The translations under genes were made by a program, and so were the position numbers. The notes beneath the pieces were generated by a model. It saw only the letters and a list, made by a program, of their open reading frames with translations. It ran no database searches and was not told the origin of the DNA. From Macrostomum lignano (Eukaryota): a stretch of 64,000 nucleotides of DNA. The DNA is taken from positions 1-64,000 of the forward strand of contig NIVC01001879.1 in the NCBI GenBank assembly GCA_002269645.1, read 5' to 3'. Shown in pieces: positions 10,214-23,400 of the stretch (positions are counted from its first letter, which is position 1; every line of letters starts with the position of its first letter).

Positions 10214-12828
10214 CGCCATCCGTCCCGTCAGTCAGTCCAGGGCTCCTGGGCATCCTCAGGCCACGGCACTCTGCCCCGGCCCAGCGGCCCTGCAGGCAGT
10301 CCAGCGCACTCTCAGCAGCAGCAGCACCAGCAACAGCAATCTGAGACCAGCACAGATAGCGGCTTTGATGCTGCTGCTAACGGAGCCAGCGGAGGCTGGT
10401 CTGCCGTTACTGATGAAGCGTCGCTGTCTGGTCGTGTACTTTTACCGACATCGAGTCGATTTTCGAGTCTTCAACAACAGCAGCAGGCGGCGGCCGTTCC
10501 CAGAACGAATCCTTCCGCAGGTGTCTATGGTCGAACCTCAGCCTCCCTATTCGACTCATCTAGTAGATCTTTGAGCGTCGCTTCCGTAGCTTCAGAAGGC
10601 GCTTCATCAGCTTATCAGCTTCCGTCGGGATCATCGCTGTCTCCATGGTCGCACCAGTTCGCGCCATCCTACCCCCTGCCTCCTGGTTGGTCGCTGACCC
10701 TGTTCCGCCGGGAGCACAACCCGGCGAAGCTGCTGTGCTGGACTCGACGAGACCTGTCCAGACCTCTTCTAGCCGCTACTGAGAAATCTTTGAAAAGAGA
10801 ATCTTCCGATAATTTCAAAATCATTCAGAGATACATGGGCGATAGGAGAATGAAGAAATTGTCGCAACCGGTGCTGGCATGGCAGATGGTCCAGCTGGGA
10901 TTGCAATCGCCAGGTCTGAGAGATGAACAGTTTATGCAGCTGTGCCGGCAGTTGACCAACAATCCTAATGGCGAGTCCCTACAGCTGGGTTGGGAACTCT
11001 TGGCCATCTGTTTGGCGTTCTTCCCCCCTAGCGGAGGTTTCGCGCCCTACCTTGAAGGCTTCCTGCTGCGACATTGTCAGCGACTGGAGCCCACTTGTCC
11101 ATTCCGTGCCCAGCAGCAGTATGCTGGGGTCTGCTATCAACGGCTCAGACGGATCCTGAGAATGGGAGCGAGGAAAGGCAGTCAGGCACCGAGTGTGGAT
11201 GAGGTGTCCATTGCTAAGGTTGGTTTGGTTCTGTGCTTTTTTGGGATATCTGATCTTATCTTTGATAATTTCATACCCGTATTCTCTCATGACATGTTTG
11301 AGAATCGCCCTTTTCCCTATGAGAATCGCCCCATTCCCCGTGAGAATCGCTCTATTCCCTGTGAGAATCGCCCCATTCCCTATGAGAATCGCCCCATTCC
11401 CCGTGAGAATCGCTCTATTCCCTGTGAGAATCGCCCCATTCCCTATGAGAATCGCCCCATTCCCTTTCAGAATCGCCCCATTCCCTATGAGAATCTCCCC
11501 ATTCCCTATGAGAATCGCCCCATTCCCTATGAGAATCGCCCCATTCCCTTTCAGAATCGCCCCATTCCCTTTCAGAATCGCCCCATTCCCTATGAGAATC
11601 TCCCCATTCCCTATGAGAATCGCCCCATTCCCTGTGAGAATCGCCCCATTCCCTATGAGAATCGCCCCATTACCTATGAGAATCGCCCCATTCCCTATGA
11701 GAATCACCCCATTCCCTATGAGAATCTCCTCATTCCCTATGAGAATCGCCCCATTACCTATGAGAATCGCCTCATTCCCTATAAGAATCGCCCCATTCCG
11801 CGCACTCGCAGAAGACAGTCGTCACTCCCGGCGTGTTCGGCTGCACTCTGGAAGATCTGATGCTTCAGCAGCGTCAGCGCGGCTTCCCCGAACTTGAGCA
11901 GCCGTGGATTCTGACCGTGCTCACCGAGGACACCATCAGGCTGGGCGGTCAACTCACCGAAGGGATATTTCGCAATCCCGGGGATTTTGACGCGTTAAAC
12001 GTTGCCAGGACTCAGCTGGAGCAGTGGGATCTGACAGCTTGCAGGAGACTGAGCGACCCTCGGGTAACTGCCAGCCTGCTGATCACGTGGCTCAGGGAAT
12101 TGGCGGAACCATTGATCCCAACCAGACTCTACCAGCGAGCTCTGGACTGTCACGATCGACCTGATGAAGCCTTAGCTCTAGTTGCTAGACAGCTGAGTCC
12201 GCTGAATCAGCGCGTACTGCGTCACGTGATCAGATTTCTGCGCCTGTTCGCCGAGCCAAACGTCGCGAGCGTGACTGGAATTGACGCTGGCGGTCTGGCG
12301 CTGCTCATGGCGCCCTGCCTGCTCAGGAGTCCCGAGTCGAGCTCAACAGTTTCCGGTGCCAATTGCAGCGATTTCGCTATGGACAATGCTAGGCAGGAGG
12401 CTGCTTTTGTGCGGCTGCTGTTGCTGCATCTGCCTGAGTCTGCTGCGGCAATGGGCGGTGGTAGCGGTGGAGGCGGAGGCCTTCTCGGCCTGTCCAGCCT
12501 CTCTGTTATACGCGACGATCTACCTGAGATTGATGAAGAGCCTGCGATTAATCACCAGCATCCTCAGCAGCAGCAGCAACAGTCTATCGCGTCTTCTTCT
12601 AGTCTGCTTTTAAATTTCAATGCCAATGCAGCGGCCACTTCAGCTACGGTCACCACGGCAGCTGATGATGATGATGAAAATGAGGATGCTGCGGATGACA
12701 TCAACGAAGAGGCGGATTTTGTTAATGAGGCTGATAACAAGGCCGACTGGAAACAGAAAGCTAAAAATGCTCAGAGCCTGGATTCGCTGCCGCCTCCGTT
12801 GGCCAATTCTGAAGACAGCTGCACTTGA
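10214..12828 (+). CDS. ARHGAP39: Rho GTPase-activating protein 39-like (MyTH4 + RhoGAP), last two coding exons 10214-11218 and 11812-12828; 5' exons not found
   Basis: MyTH4 (FKIIQRYMGDR, LRDEQFMQLCRQLTNNP, GWELLAICLAFFPPS) is spliced in phase 0 (AAG|GTTGGT ... CGCAG|AAG) to VFGCTLED...LTEGIFRNPG...WLRELAEPLIP (RhoGAP, arginine finger present). A CAG acceptor lies at 10211-10213 with no usable upstream ATG. Confidence 0.88.
11300..11800 (+). repeat. 21-bp intronic minisatellite (GAGAATCGCCCCATTCCCTAT)
   Basis: Fills ARHGAP39 intron 11219-11811. Confidence 0.95.
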
Positions 12829-12879
12829 CTGCTTCAAGCGAGTGGGTTTGATGTTTTGCTATGATCTACTTCTCATATG

Positions 12880-13960
12880 AGATCTCACCACGATCTCTCA
12901 TTGTCTCACCCTACTCTCCTAGTAAATCTCACCCCGATTCTCTCATTGTCTCACCCTACTCTCCTAGTAAATCTCACCCCGATTTTCTCATTGTCTCACC
13001 CTACTTCTCTCCTAGTAAATCTCACCCTGATTTTCTCATTGTCTCACCCTACTTCTCTCCCAGTAGATCTCACCCCGATTCTCTCATTGTCTCACCCTAC
13101 TTCTCTCCTAGTAGATCTCACCCCGATTCTCTCATTGTCTCACCCTACTTCTCTCCCAGTAAATCTCACCCCGATTCTCTCATTGTCTCACCCTACTTCT
13201 CTCCTAGTAAATCTCACCCCGATTTTCTCATTGTCTCACCCTACTTCTCTCCAAGTAAATCTCACCCCGATTCTCTCATTGTCTCACCCTACTTCTCTCC
13301 TAGTAGATCTCACCCCGATTCTCTCATTGTCTCACCCTACTCTCCTAGTAGATCTCACCCCGATTCTCTCATTGTCTCACCCTACTTCTCTCCTAGTAGA
13401 TTTTACCCCGATTCTCTCATTGTCTCACCCTACTTCTCTCCCAGTAGATCTCACCCCGATTCTCTCATTGTCTCACCCTACTCTCCTAGTAGATCTCACC
13501 CCGATTCTCTCATTGTCTCACCCTACTTCTCTCCTAGTAGATTTTACCCCGATTCTCTCATTGTCTCACCCTACTTCTCTCCTAGTAGATTTTACCCCGA
13601 TTCTCTCATTGTCTCACCCTACTTCTCTCCTAGTAGATTTTACCCCGATTCTCTCATTGTCTCACCCTACTTCTCTCCCAGTAGATTTTACCCAGATTCT
13701 CTCATTGTCTCACCCTACTTCTCTCCTAGTAGATTTTACCCCGATTCTCTCATTGTCTCACCCTACTTCTCTCCTAGTAGATTTTACCCCGATTCTCTCA
13801 TTGTCTCACCCTACTTCTCTCCTAGTAGATCTCACTCCGGCTCTCACTCTCACTCTCACCTTACTTCTCTCCCAGTAGATCGTACCCCCGATTCTCTTAT
13901 TGTCTCACCCTACTTCTCTCCTAGTAGATCTTACCCTAATTCTCTCACCCTACTTCTCAT
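12880..13960 (+). repeat. 41/42-bp minisatellite (CTCTCATTGTCTCACCCTACTTCTCTCCTAGTAGATCTCACCCCGATT-like)
   Basis: About 25 units starting ~50 nt after the ARHGAP39 stop. Confidence 0.95.
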
Positions 13961-15211
13961 GAGCAGTCTCACTACACAGTTTCATGCTGACACTCATGAA
14001 GCTACTTGAAAGAAACCATTTAATTTTAAAATATTTTCCCTACCTCAAAATCCTTTCCTTCATTCTTAAAAATAATTTCAAAAATCTTGCACTAACTCTG
14101 CTTTCGAAAATTGCAGTAAAACAATATTTACTTATTTTTTCTTTAATATGCCTCTGTGTACTTGTATTTCTGTTTCTTACAAATTGCTTACTGCGTGTGG
14201 TACTGTCTTCTTTATAACTAATATTGTTATAGGCTTGAAGCTTTGGTTGTCTAGTTTGTTTTAATTAGGAAAGTTGAGTAGTATTAATTTCGGAATTTGC
14301 CTGTTTTTTGTCTACTTTAACACTATAAACTTTCTCGTGCGTAATTTCTACTTTCAATAGTGCTTTTTGTGCACCTTGATTATTTGTTATTATAAGCGAA
14401 TTACCTGCTGACGACAATAGTTAATTATATGATTGTCTAGTCTGATTTTATCCATTCATAATAATCACTTCAAGGTTTATCGGGCCCATGGCTCTTCACC
14501 GTTTCACTCTAAAGTGTTACTCTACTTCTCATTCTACTGTTCAATCCACTTCCTAATCTACTGCTCATTTTATTTGTCACTCTACTTCTTATTCTACTCC
14601 TCACTCTACTTCTCACTCTACTTCTCACTCTACTTCTCATTTTCCTTCTCACTCTACCTCTCATTCTACTTTTGCGAATTTGCTAATCACCTCATTTGAG
14701 TCATTCCATTTTAGTCAACCTCTTTCTCTCTTTCTCTCTCTCTTTCTCTGACTTCTTAAAACGAAAAAAATTAATCAAAGTGGAATGCTTGTCTTTAATC
14801 TTGTCAATCTGTTATTCCTAACAGCCTTTTTCTAGTTATCACTAGCTTAAGTAACTGCTGATTAATACTATCAAATAATGATATAGTTCGCGTTGTACTT
14901 ATGGAACATTAGCTGTAATACTGCCATTACACGGGCACTGTGGTGTTCTTTTTGATTGACATATTGCAAATCAATTTCTACCGATGCGCTTAACTGCCTA
15001 CTGATAGTATGGACATATATATATTCAGAACTAAATATTTGCCTTTAAAATAACCGTAAATATATAATTTGTATTTCTGGCGCTCATTAAAGTAGAGCGA
15101 TTATGCAGTTTGATAATATAATATTGTTAAACTGCTTGAATTTCACCTTTCTTGTTACTTTTGAATTGCTGCTTTCATTGGCTGCACTGGTAGCTTATCT
15201 TCACGTTAAAC

Positions 15212-15660
15212 CCTCCCAGATCCTTAGTTACTGGGATGCCAGCCTCCCAGATTCTTAGTTGCTGGGCCAGCCTCCCAGATCCTCAGTTGCTGGGCCAGCC
15301 TCCCAGATCCTCAGTTGCTGGGCCAGCCTCCCAGATCCTCAGTTGCTGGGCCAGCCTCCCAGATCCTCAGTTGCTGGGCCAGCCTCCCAGATCCTCAGTT
15401 GCTGGGCCAGCCTCCCAGATCCTCAGTTGCTGGGCCAGCCTCCCAGATCCTCAGTTGCTGGGCCAGCCTCCCAGATCCTCAGTTGCTGGGCCAGCCTCCC
15501 AGATCCTCAGTTGCTGGGCCAGCCTCCCAGATCCTCAGTTGCTGTGCCACCAGCCTCCCAGATCCTCAGTTGCTGGGCCAGCCTCCCAGATCCTCAGTTG
15601 CTGGGCCAGCCTCCCAGATCCTCAGTTGCTGGGCAAGGTTCGCAGATCCTCAGTTGCTGC
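15212..15660 (+). repeat. 28-bp minisatellite (GCTGGGCCAGCCTCCCAGATCCTCAGTT)
   Basis: About 15 near-identical units; same family and orientation as 9540-10035. Confidence 0.95.
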
Positions 15661-16289
15661 GCCAAAAAAGGTGTTATAAGTAAGAAATTCGAATTTTCAG
15701 CTTCACGTTGTCCAGCACAATCATCAGAACAAAGTCAAACTGATTAACATTCCAATCTGCTCTTTGAGTTCCCTCTCTGCTTTCTCTAACTTATTTTCGT
15801 CCATTTTTGGTAGCAAATTTGCGTTGCCAACAGCTCTCTACCCTCACTGCTTTTGTACAACTGTTAGCAAAAATCAATACAGCTACACGAAGGTTGAGCA
15901 CACTTATGTACTTTGCTGTAGCGGCTCTCGGATCACCTGGGTGTCGTGTTGGAACTGGCAGCAGTTTTAGTTGCCAGGGACTGCCATATCGATCCTGATT
16001 AAAATCTGTCAGAGCCGTCTCGAGGCAAATGGATCCACGGGGGGGTGTACAAGTAAGTGTACAATGCTTTGCTTCATACAGCAGCAGCTCCGGTCCCGCG
16101 TGTGTGTTTTGACTGCACGAAAACCCGATTTGAAAGGTTATTGATTTTTTCTCCGCGGGGTGTGGTGACTGGGGGTGGGGGAACTGGCGGAATAGGGAAG
16201 ACCTGAAAAATCAGACTAAATGCTAATTGTTAAGTGCGGCAGGCCAAGGAGGCTAAAGAGAATATCTGGAGTCTTTCATAAATTCAAGG

Positions 16290-16990
16290 TTGATGTTGAG
16301 ATTGCAGTGAGATTAGAATATGGTTAGGCTGAGATTAGATTGAGATCGAGTGAGATAATATTGAGATTGTAGTTCGACTAAATTATGGTTAAACTGAGAT
16401 TAGATTGAGATTGAGTGAGATGATATTGAGATTGCTGTGAGACTAGATTATGGTTAGGCTGAGATTAGATTGAGATTGAGTGAGATAATATTTAGATTGC
16501 AGTGAGATTAGAATATGGTTAGGTTGAGATCCAGTGAGATGATATTGAGATTGCAGTGAGATTATATTATGGTTAGGCTGAGATTAGATTGAGATCGAGT
16601 GAGAAGATATTGAGATTGTAGTTCGACTAGATTATGGTTAGGCTGAGATTAGATTGAGATCGAGTGAGATGATATTGAGATTGTAGTTCGACTAGATTAT
16701 GGTTAGGCTGAGATTAGATTGAGATCGAGTGAGATGATATTGAGATTGTAGTTCGACTAGATTATGGTTAGGCTGAGATTAGATTGAGATCGAGTGAGAT
16801 GATATTGAGATTGTAGTTCGACTAGATTATGGTTAGGCTGAGATTAGATTGAGATCGAGTGAGATGATATTGAGATTGTAGTTCGACTAGATTATGGTTA
16901 GGCTGAGATTAGATTGAGATCAAGTGATATGATGTTGAGATTGCAGTGAGATTAGATTGAGATCGAGTGAGATTAGGTTTAGATCAAGAA
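16290..16990 (+). repeat. 65-bp minisatellite built from GAGAT subunits
   Basis: GTTCGACTAG recurs at 16621, 16686 and 16751. Confidence 0.9.
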
Positions 16991-17239
16991 TGAGATTATT
17001 AACTTCCTTCAAGGTGGTTTAAAAGTGCAGCTATCCGAGATGAATATTTTTTTAAACTTACGTAACGTAAAATTTATTGATTTTAGTTTTTTGAAACCAT
17101 TTTTAGCTCTTAGCCATATAAGAATATAGACATTTTCTCGAAAATCGGACAATCCAGATTTGACTTCATCAAGTTCTCCATATGGCTGCACTCGCTGGGG
17201 TGGCTGCTACCAGGGGGGACAGGGAGTTCCATACCGACT

Positions 17240-17245
17240 TATAAA
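17240..17245 (+). promoter_or_regulatory. Possible TATA box for CRACR2A
   Basis: TATAAA about 200 nt upstream of the ATG at 17448. Position only, no other support. Confidence 0.25.
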
Positions 17246-17447
17246 TGCACAAACCTGTGTATATCAGTAGCCAGAGACAGAGAAGTTTCCCAACTTAGAA
17301 ATCATTGCAAACTTATATTTGTATAATCGATTCCCCTGCCTTACTGTGATCCGATCAGGCTTATTCACGGAGTGAGAGCTTCGGGAACACTTTTCCTGCC
17401 ATTCTCAGTAGGTTCTCAGAGATTTTTTTACGAAAAGACTTTTGAAG

Positions 17448-20400
17448 ATGTCAAACGCCGAGTTGCAAGCGATGCTGGCTGAGAAGGCCAAGGAGCTGTT
17501 TGACGTGTGCGACATTGAGCAGAAGGGCTTCATCACCAAGAGAGACATGCAGCGACTCAGCGGAGTCCTGCCACTGGACCCCGACCAGATTGAGGACGTG
17601 TTCGACAGGCTAGATGACGATGGCAATGGCTACTTGACGCTGGAGGAGTTCACGGGTGGCTTCGGTGAGGCTGCAGTCTTGAGACTCATTAGCTCACTCA
17701 TGAACTCACGCATAAATCACTTATGACCTCACTAATTAACTAACTCATTAACTCATACATGATTTCATATAAACTCACTAATGAAATCACCGATGAACTC
17801 AGTCATAATCTCACCCATGAACTCACTCATGAACTCACCCATAAACTCACTCATAAACTCACTTAGGAACTCACTCATGAACTCAGTCATAATCTCACTC
17901 ATGAACTCACTCATGAACTCACCCATGAAGTCACTAATGAACTCACTCATGAACTCACTCATGAACTCAGTCATAATCTCACTCATGAACTCACTCATGA
18001 ACTCACTCATAAACTCGCTCATAAAATTGCTCGTAAACACACTCATGAACTCACCCATGAACTCACTAATGAACTCACTCATGAATTCACTAATGAACTC
18101 ACTCATAAACTCGCTCATAAAATTGCTCATAAACACACTCATGAACTCACCCATGAACTCACTAATGAACTCACTCATGAATTCACTAATGAACTCACTC
18201 ATAAACTCGCTCATAAACTTGCTCATAAACTCATTTACTCAATCAAAGTATTTCACGAACTCCTCAAATCATATCACCCCGCAGGATCATTTATGGGCCT
18301 AGCGTCAGGTAGTGGCGACGGCGCCACAGGCGGAGGCGGCGGCGGCGAGGCGGATGGCGAGTACATCGAGGAGGGACGCCGCGGTAGGCGGGGCTTCGGC
18401 GAAATGGGTGATGACGACGGCTACAGCGTTGAAGAGGACGAGCACTTCCACCAGACGATGGAGAAGCTGGGAGCTGCCGGCGTGTTTCAGGAGCGAGTTC
18501 GGGCTGGGGTGAGACTGAGCTGGGGTGAGACTGAGCTGGGGTGAGACTGAGCTGGGGTGAGACTGAGCTGGGGTGAGACTGAGCTGGGGTGAGACTGAGC
18601 TGGGGTGAGACTGAGCTGGGGTGAGACTGAGCTGGGGTGAGACTGAGCTGGGGTGAGACTGAGCTGGGGTGAGACTGAGCTGGGGTGAGACTGAGCTGGG
18701 GATGAGACTGAGCTCGGGTAAGACTGAGCTGGGGTGAGACTGAGCTGGGGTGAGACTGAGCTGGGGTGAGACTAAGGGCTGTAGATTGAGTTACACTAGA
18801 ATAAGATCGCGATGGTATTATATATCAGGGTGAGATTAGGGTGAGACTCGAAATAGGTCGGGTGAGATTCGAGTGAGATCAGGTTGAGACTAGAGTGAGA
18901 CCTAAATTAGACTAGATTGAGAGCTAAAAAAGACTAGATTGGGATCTATAAAATAACTGAGACTAGAGTGAGATCTAAATGAGACTAGAGTGAGATCTAA
19001 ATGAGACTAGAGTGAGATCTAAATGAGACTAGAGTGAGATCTAAATGAGACTAGAGTGAGATCTAAATGAGACTAGAGTGAGATCTAAATGAGACTAGAG
19101 TGAGATCTAAATGAGACTAGAGTGAGATCTAAATGAGACTAGAGTGAGATCTAAATGAGACTAGAGTGAGATCTAAATGAGACTATAGAGTGAGATCTAA
19201 ATGAGACTAGAGTGAGATCTAAATGAGACTAGAGTGAGATCTAAATGAGACTAGAGTGAGATCTAAATGAGACTAGAGTGAGATCTAAATGAGACTAGAG
19301 TGAGATCTAAATGAGACTAGAGTGAGATCTAAATGAGACTATAGAGTGAGATCTAAATGAGACTAGAGTGAGATCTAAATGAGACTAGAGTGAGATCTAA
19401 ATGAGACTAGAGTGAGATCTAAATGAGACTAGAGTGAGATCTAAATGAGACTAGAGTGAGATCTAAATGAGACTAGAGTGAGATCTAAATGAGACTAGAG
19501 TGAGATCTAAATGAGACTAGAGAGTGAGATCTAAATGAGACTAGAGAGTGAGATCTAAATGAGACTAGAGTGAGATCTAAATGAGACTAGAGTGAGATCT
19601 AAATGAGACTAGAGTGAGATCTAAATGAGACTGGAGTGAGATCTAAATGAGACTGGGTGAGATCTGATTGAGAATAAACTGAGACGGAGGTGAAATTGGA
19701 TGAACTTATGGTAAGATTAGATGAAATCGGGTGAGACTAGAATTAAAACTAGATTCTGCCTACTAGAGATAACAAATGCTGCGATGAGATCTCTCTGTAT
19801 CAAGGTATCAAGACTCAGACTAACACTAACATCAGATCAGTTGCACTCTTACTAACCAACAATTAATAATTCTAAACCAAACTATAAAACACTCACTTGA
19901 CAATTGTTGCAACAGGAATTTGATCAGGTGAGTCTTCAAGGTTTTAGTGGGGCTCTGCAGTGCTTCAAATGTGTTTTTATAATAAAACTCGAATATTTAA
20001 TTGTAGATAATTATATCGCTTATCCGATCTGTATATCCTGACATAATTGTGCACTCATAATGCATTTGGTGGCACAGTACGTAGGGTTTGTTTTGTTCCA
20101 GTTTCTTAGATGTCTGCTTAAAATTAGAATATTCAGCTTATGCCTAATAGACAGCCATTATCGCTTTCTGAGTAGGCCTATGAGTGCGCTTCATCTTAGC
20201 TAGCGCTTTGTGTTTTATTCTGCTCAAGTCGATTATTAAATAATCAGTAACCATGGTTACCGCACTGGCCGGCTCTTTTCCCGCTTTTGCACTGTGCCTA
20301 CACCGCTCCCCACTCTCTCCCTCTCCCACTCTCCTTCTTCCACTCTCCCTCTCCCACTCTCCCTCTCCCTCTTCCTCTCCCTCTTCCTCTCCCACTCTCC

Positions 20401-23400
20401 CTCTCCCACTCTCTCTCTCTCCCACTCTCCCTCTCCCACTCTCCCTCTCCCACTCTCTCTCTCTCCCACTCTCCCTCTCCCACTCTCCCTCTCCCACTCT
20501 CTCTCTCTCCCACTCTCCCTCTCCCACCCTCCCTCTCCCTCTCCCTCTCCCACTCTCCCTCTCCCTCTCCCTCTCCCTCTTCCTCTCCCACTCTCCCTCT
20601 CCCACTCTCTCTCTCTCCCACTCTCCCTCTCCCACTCTCCCTCTCCCTCTTCCTCTCCCACTCTCCCTCTCCCACTCTCTCTCTCAGACTCTCCCTCTCC
20701 CACTCTCCCTCTCCCACTCTCTCTCTCTCCCACTCTCCCTCTCCCACCCTCCCTCTCCCTCTCCCTCTCCCACTCTCCCTCTCCCTCTTCCTCTCCCACT
20801 CTCCCTCTCCCACTCTCCCTCTCCCATTTTCTCTCTCCCACTCTTCCACTCTCCTTCTTCCACACTCCCTCTCCCACTCTCTCTCTCCCTCTCCCTCTCT
20901 CCCTCTCCCTCTCCCACTCTCTCTCTCCCACTCTCCCTCTCCCATTTTCTCTCTCCCACTCTCCTTCCACTCTCCCTCTCCATCTCTCCCTCTCCCTCTC
21001 CCACTCTCCCTCCCATTTTCCCTCTCCCACTCTTCTTCCACTCTCCTTCTTCCACTCTCCATCTCTCCCTCTCCCACCCTCCCTCTCCCATTTTCTCTCT
21101 CCCACTCTTCTTCCACTCTCCCTCTCCCACTCTCTCTCTCCCTCTCCCTCTCCCACTCTCCCTCTCCCATTTTCTCTCTCCCACTCTCCTTCCACTCTCC
21201 CTCTCCCACTCTCTCTCTCCCTCTCCATCTCTCCCTCTCCCTCTCCCACTCTCTCTCTCCCACTCTCCCTCTCCCATTTTCTCTCTCCCACTCTCCTTCC
21301 ACTCTCCCTCTCCATCTCTCCCTCTCCCTCTCCCACTCTCCTCCCATTTTCCCTCTCCCACTCTTCTTCCACTCTCCTTCTTCCACTCTCCATCTCTCCC
21401 TCTCCCTCTCCCACTCTCCCTCTCCATCTCTCCCTCTCCCTCTTCCACTCTCCTTCTTCCACTCTCCCTCTCCATCTCTCCCACTCTCCCTCTCCCACTC
21501 TCTCTCTCCCACTCTCTCTCTCCCACTCTCTCTCTCCCACTCTCCCTCTCCCACTCTCCCTCTCCCACTCCCCTTTTTCTTTTCTGTTTAGCCTGTACAA
21601 TCGCAGATTAGAAACTTTCTCATTGCACACTATGTTTTAAAAAACGAGTTATACACGAGAAAAGCGAGTATTTCAATCATAAATTATTCAATTTCTTCAT
21701 TTTTTGAAATCCTTATTCAAATAAAGGGATCAATATGACACTCGAACTTTTGGGTAAAAATTGATTTTGTTTATCTAATTTTGCGCGCATTTTTCCGCGA
21801 AAAAAGATGCGAAATTTTTTTACAAATACTATTACGTTTTTGGTAATTGAAGTCCGTGTATTTTTTGTTTAAACGATTGGGTTTTAAGTTGAAGTGTATT
21901 GGAAGATACTTTTGTTAAAAATATTGAATAATAATTATTACGAAAAAAATGATTAAGCAAGATGGCAGGGTATTCATTTTAACAAATTATTCAATAAGGT
22001 GATAAAATTTTGTATTGATTCTTATCCATTAATGATAATCAATTTATTAATTTACATTACATATTCTACGATTGCTACTACCAAACCTAATTTCAGTAGT
22101 GTAGTTAGCGCATAAATTTTAAGAGTAAATTTTTAACTTGTTCAAAAATCTCTACTTTTCCCCGTTCGCCCAGAGAGGACAGCGTGAAGGAGCTGTGGGG
22201 CCGTCTGCAGAGAGACTACCCAGAGTTGGTCCCCGGGCTCGAGTCTCTGCTCACAAAAATGACTACAGAAATTCAGAAAAGTCAAGAGAGTTATAAAAGT
22301 TTGGAGAAAGTTCTACGAACGTGAGTAATCGTTTTGTTATACTGATAATGATTTTTTAGTGTAAAAATAAAACAAAAAATATTTTTTAAAATTGAAATTT
22401 TCCAGGAAATCCTCAGCTCACGATGACGAGGTGCGAAAATTGTACGAAGAAATGGAGACTCAGATTCGAGCTGAGCGAGACAAAGTACTCGCCGAGGAGC
22501 GAGCTAAGGAGAAACAGCTGCGCGAGGATATGGAGCGGGAGATTCGCGAGAAGGAGAAGCTGTGTCAGGAGCTGATGAAGAACCACGAGAAGGTTTGTTA
22601 GCGCCGATTTGGGGTGTGGGACAGACTGGAGATTGAAGCTGGTCAGGTGTGGGACAGACTGGAGATTGAAGCTGGTCAGGTGTGGGACAGACTGGAGATT
22701 GAAGCTGGTCAGGTGTGAGACAGACTGGAGATTGAAGCTGGTCAGGTGTGGGACAGACTGAAGATTGAAGCTGGTCAGGTGTGGGACAGACTGGAGATTG
22801 AAGCTGGTCAGGTGTGGGACAGAATGAAGATTGGAGCTGGTCAGGTGTGGGACAGACTGCAGATTGGAGCTGGTCAGGTGTGGGACAGAATGAAGAATGA
22901 AGCTGGTCAGGTGTGGGACAGAACGAGGATTGAAAATTGTCAGGTGTGGGACAGAATGAAGAATGAAGCTGGTCAGGTGTGGGACAGAATGAAGAATGAA
23001 GCTGGTCAGGTGTGGGACAGACTGGAGATTGAATCTGGTCAGGTGTGGGACAGACTGGAAATTGAATCTGGTCAGGTGTGGGACAGAATGGAGATTGAAG
23101 CTGGTCAGGTGTGGGACAGACTGGAAATTGAATCTGGTCAGGTGTGGGACAGACTGGAGATTGAAGCTGGTCAGGTGTGGGACTTGAGATTGAAGCTGGT
23201 CAAGGTGTGGGACAGACTGCAGATTGAAGCTGGTCAGGTGTGGGACAGACTGCAGATTGAAGCTGGTCAGGTGTGGGACAGACTGCAGATTGAAACTGGT
23301 CAAGGTGTGGGACAGACTGCAGATTGAAACTGGTCAAGGTGTGGGACAGACTGCAGATTGAAACTGGTCAAGGTGTGGGACAGACTGCAGAATAAAGCTG

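Noticed and set aside
16290-16990. GTTCGA motifs as tRNA T-loops
   Set aside because: They are part of the 65-bp repeat, and no cloverleaf can be formed.
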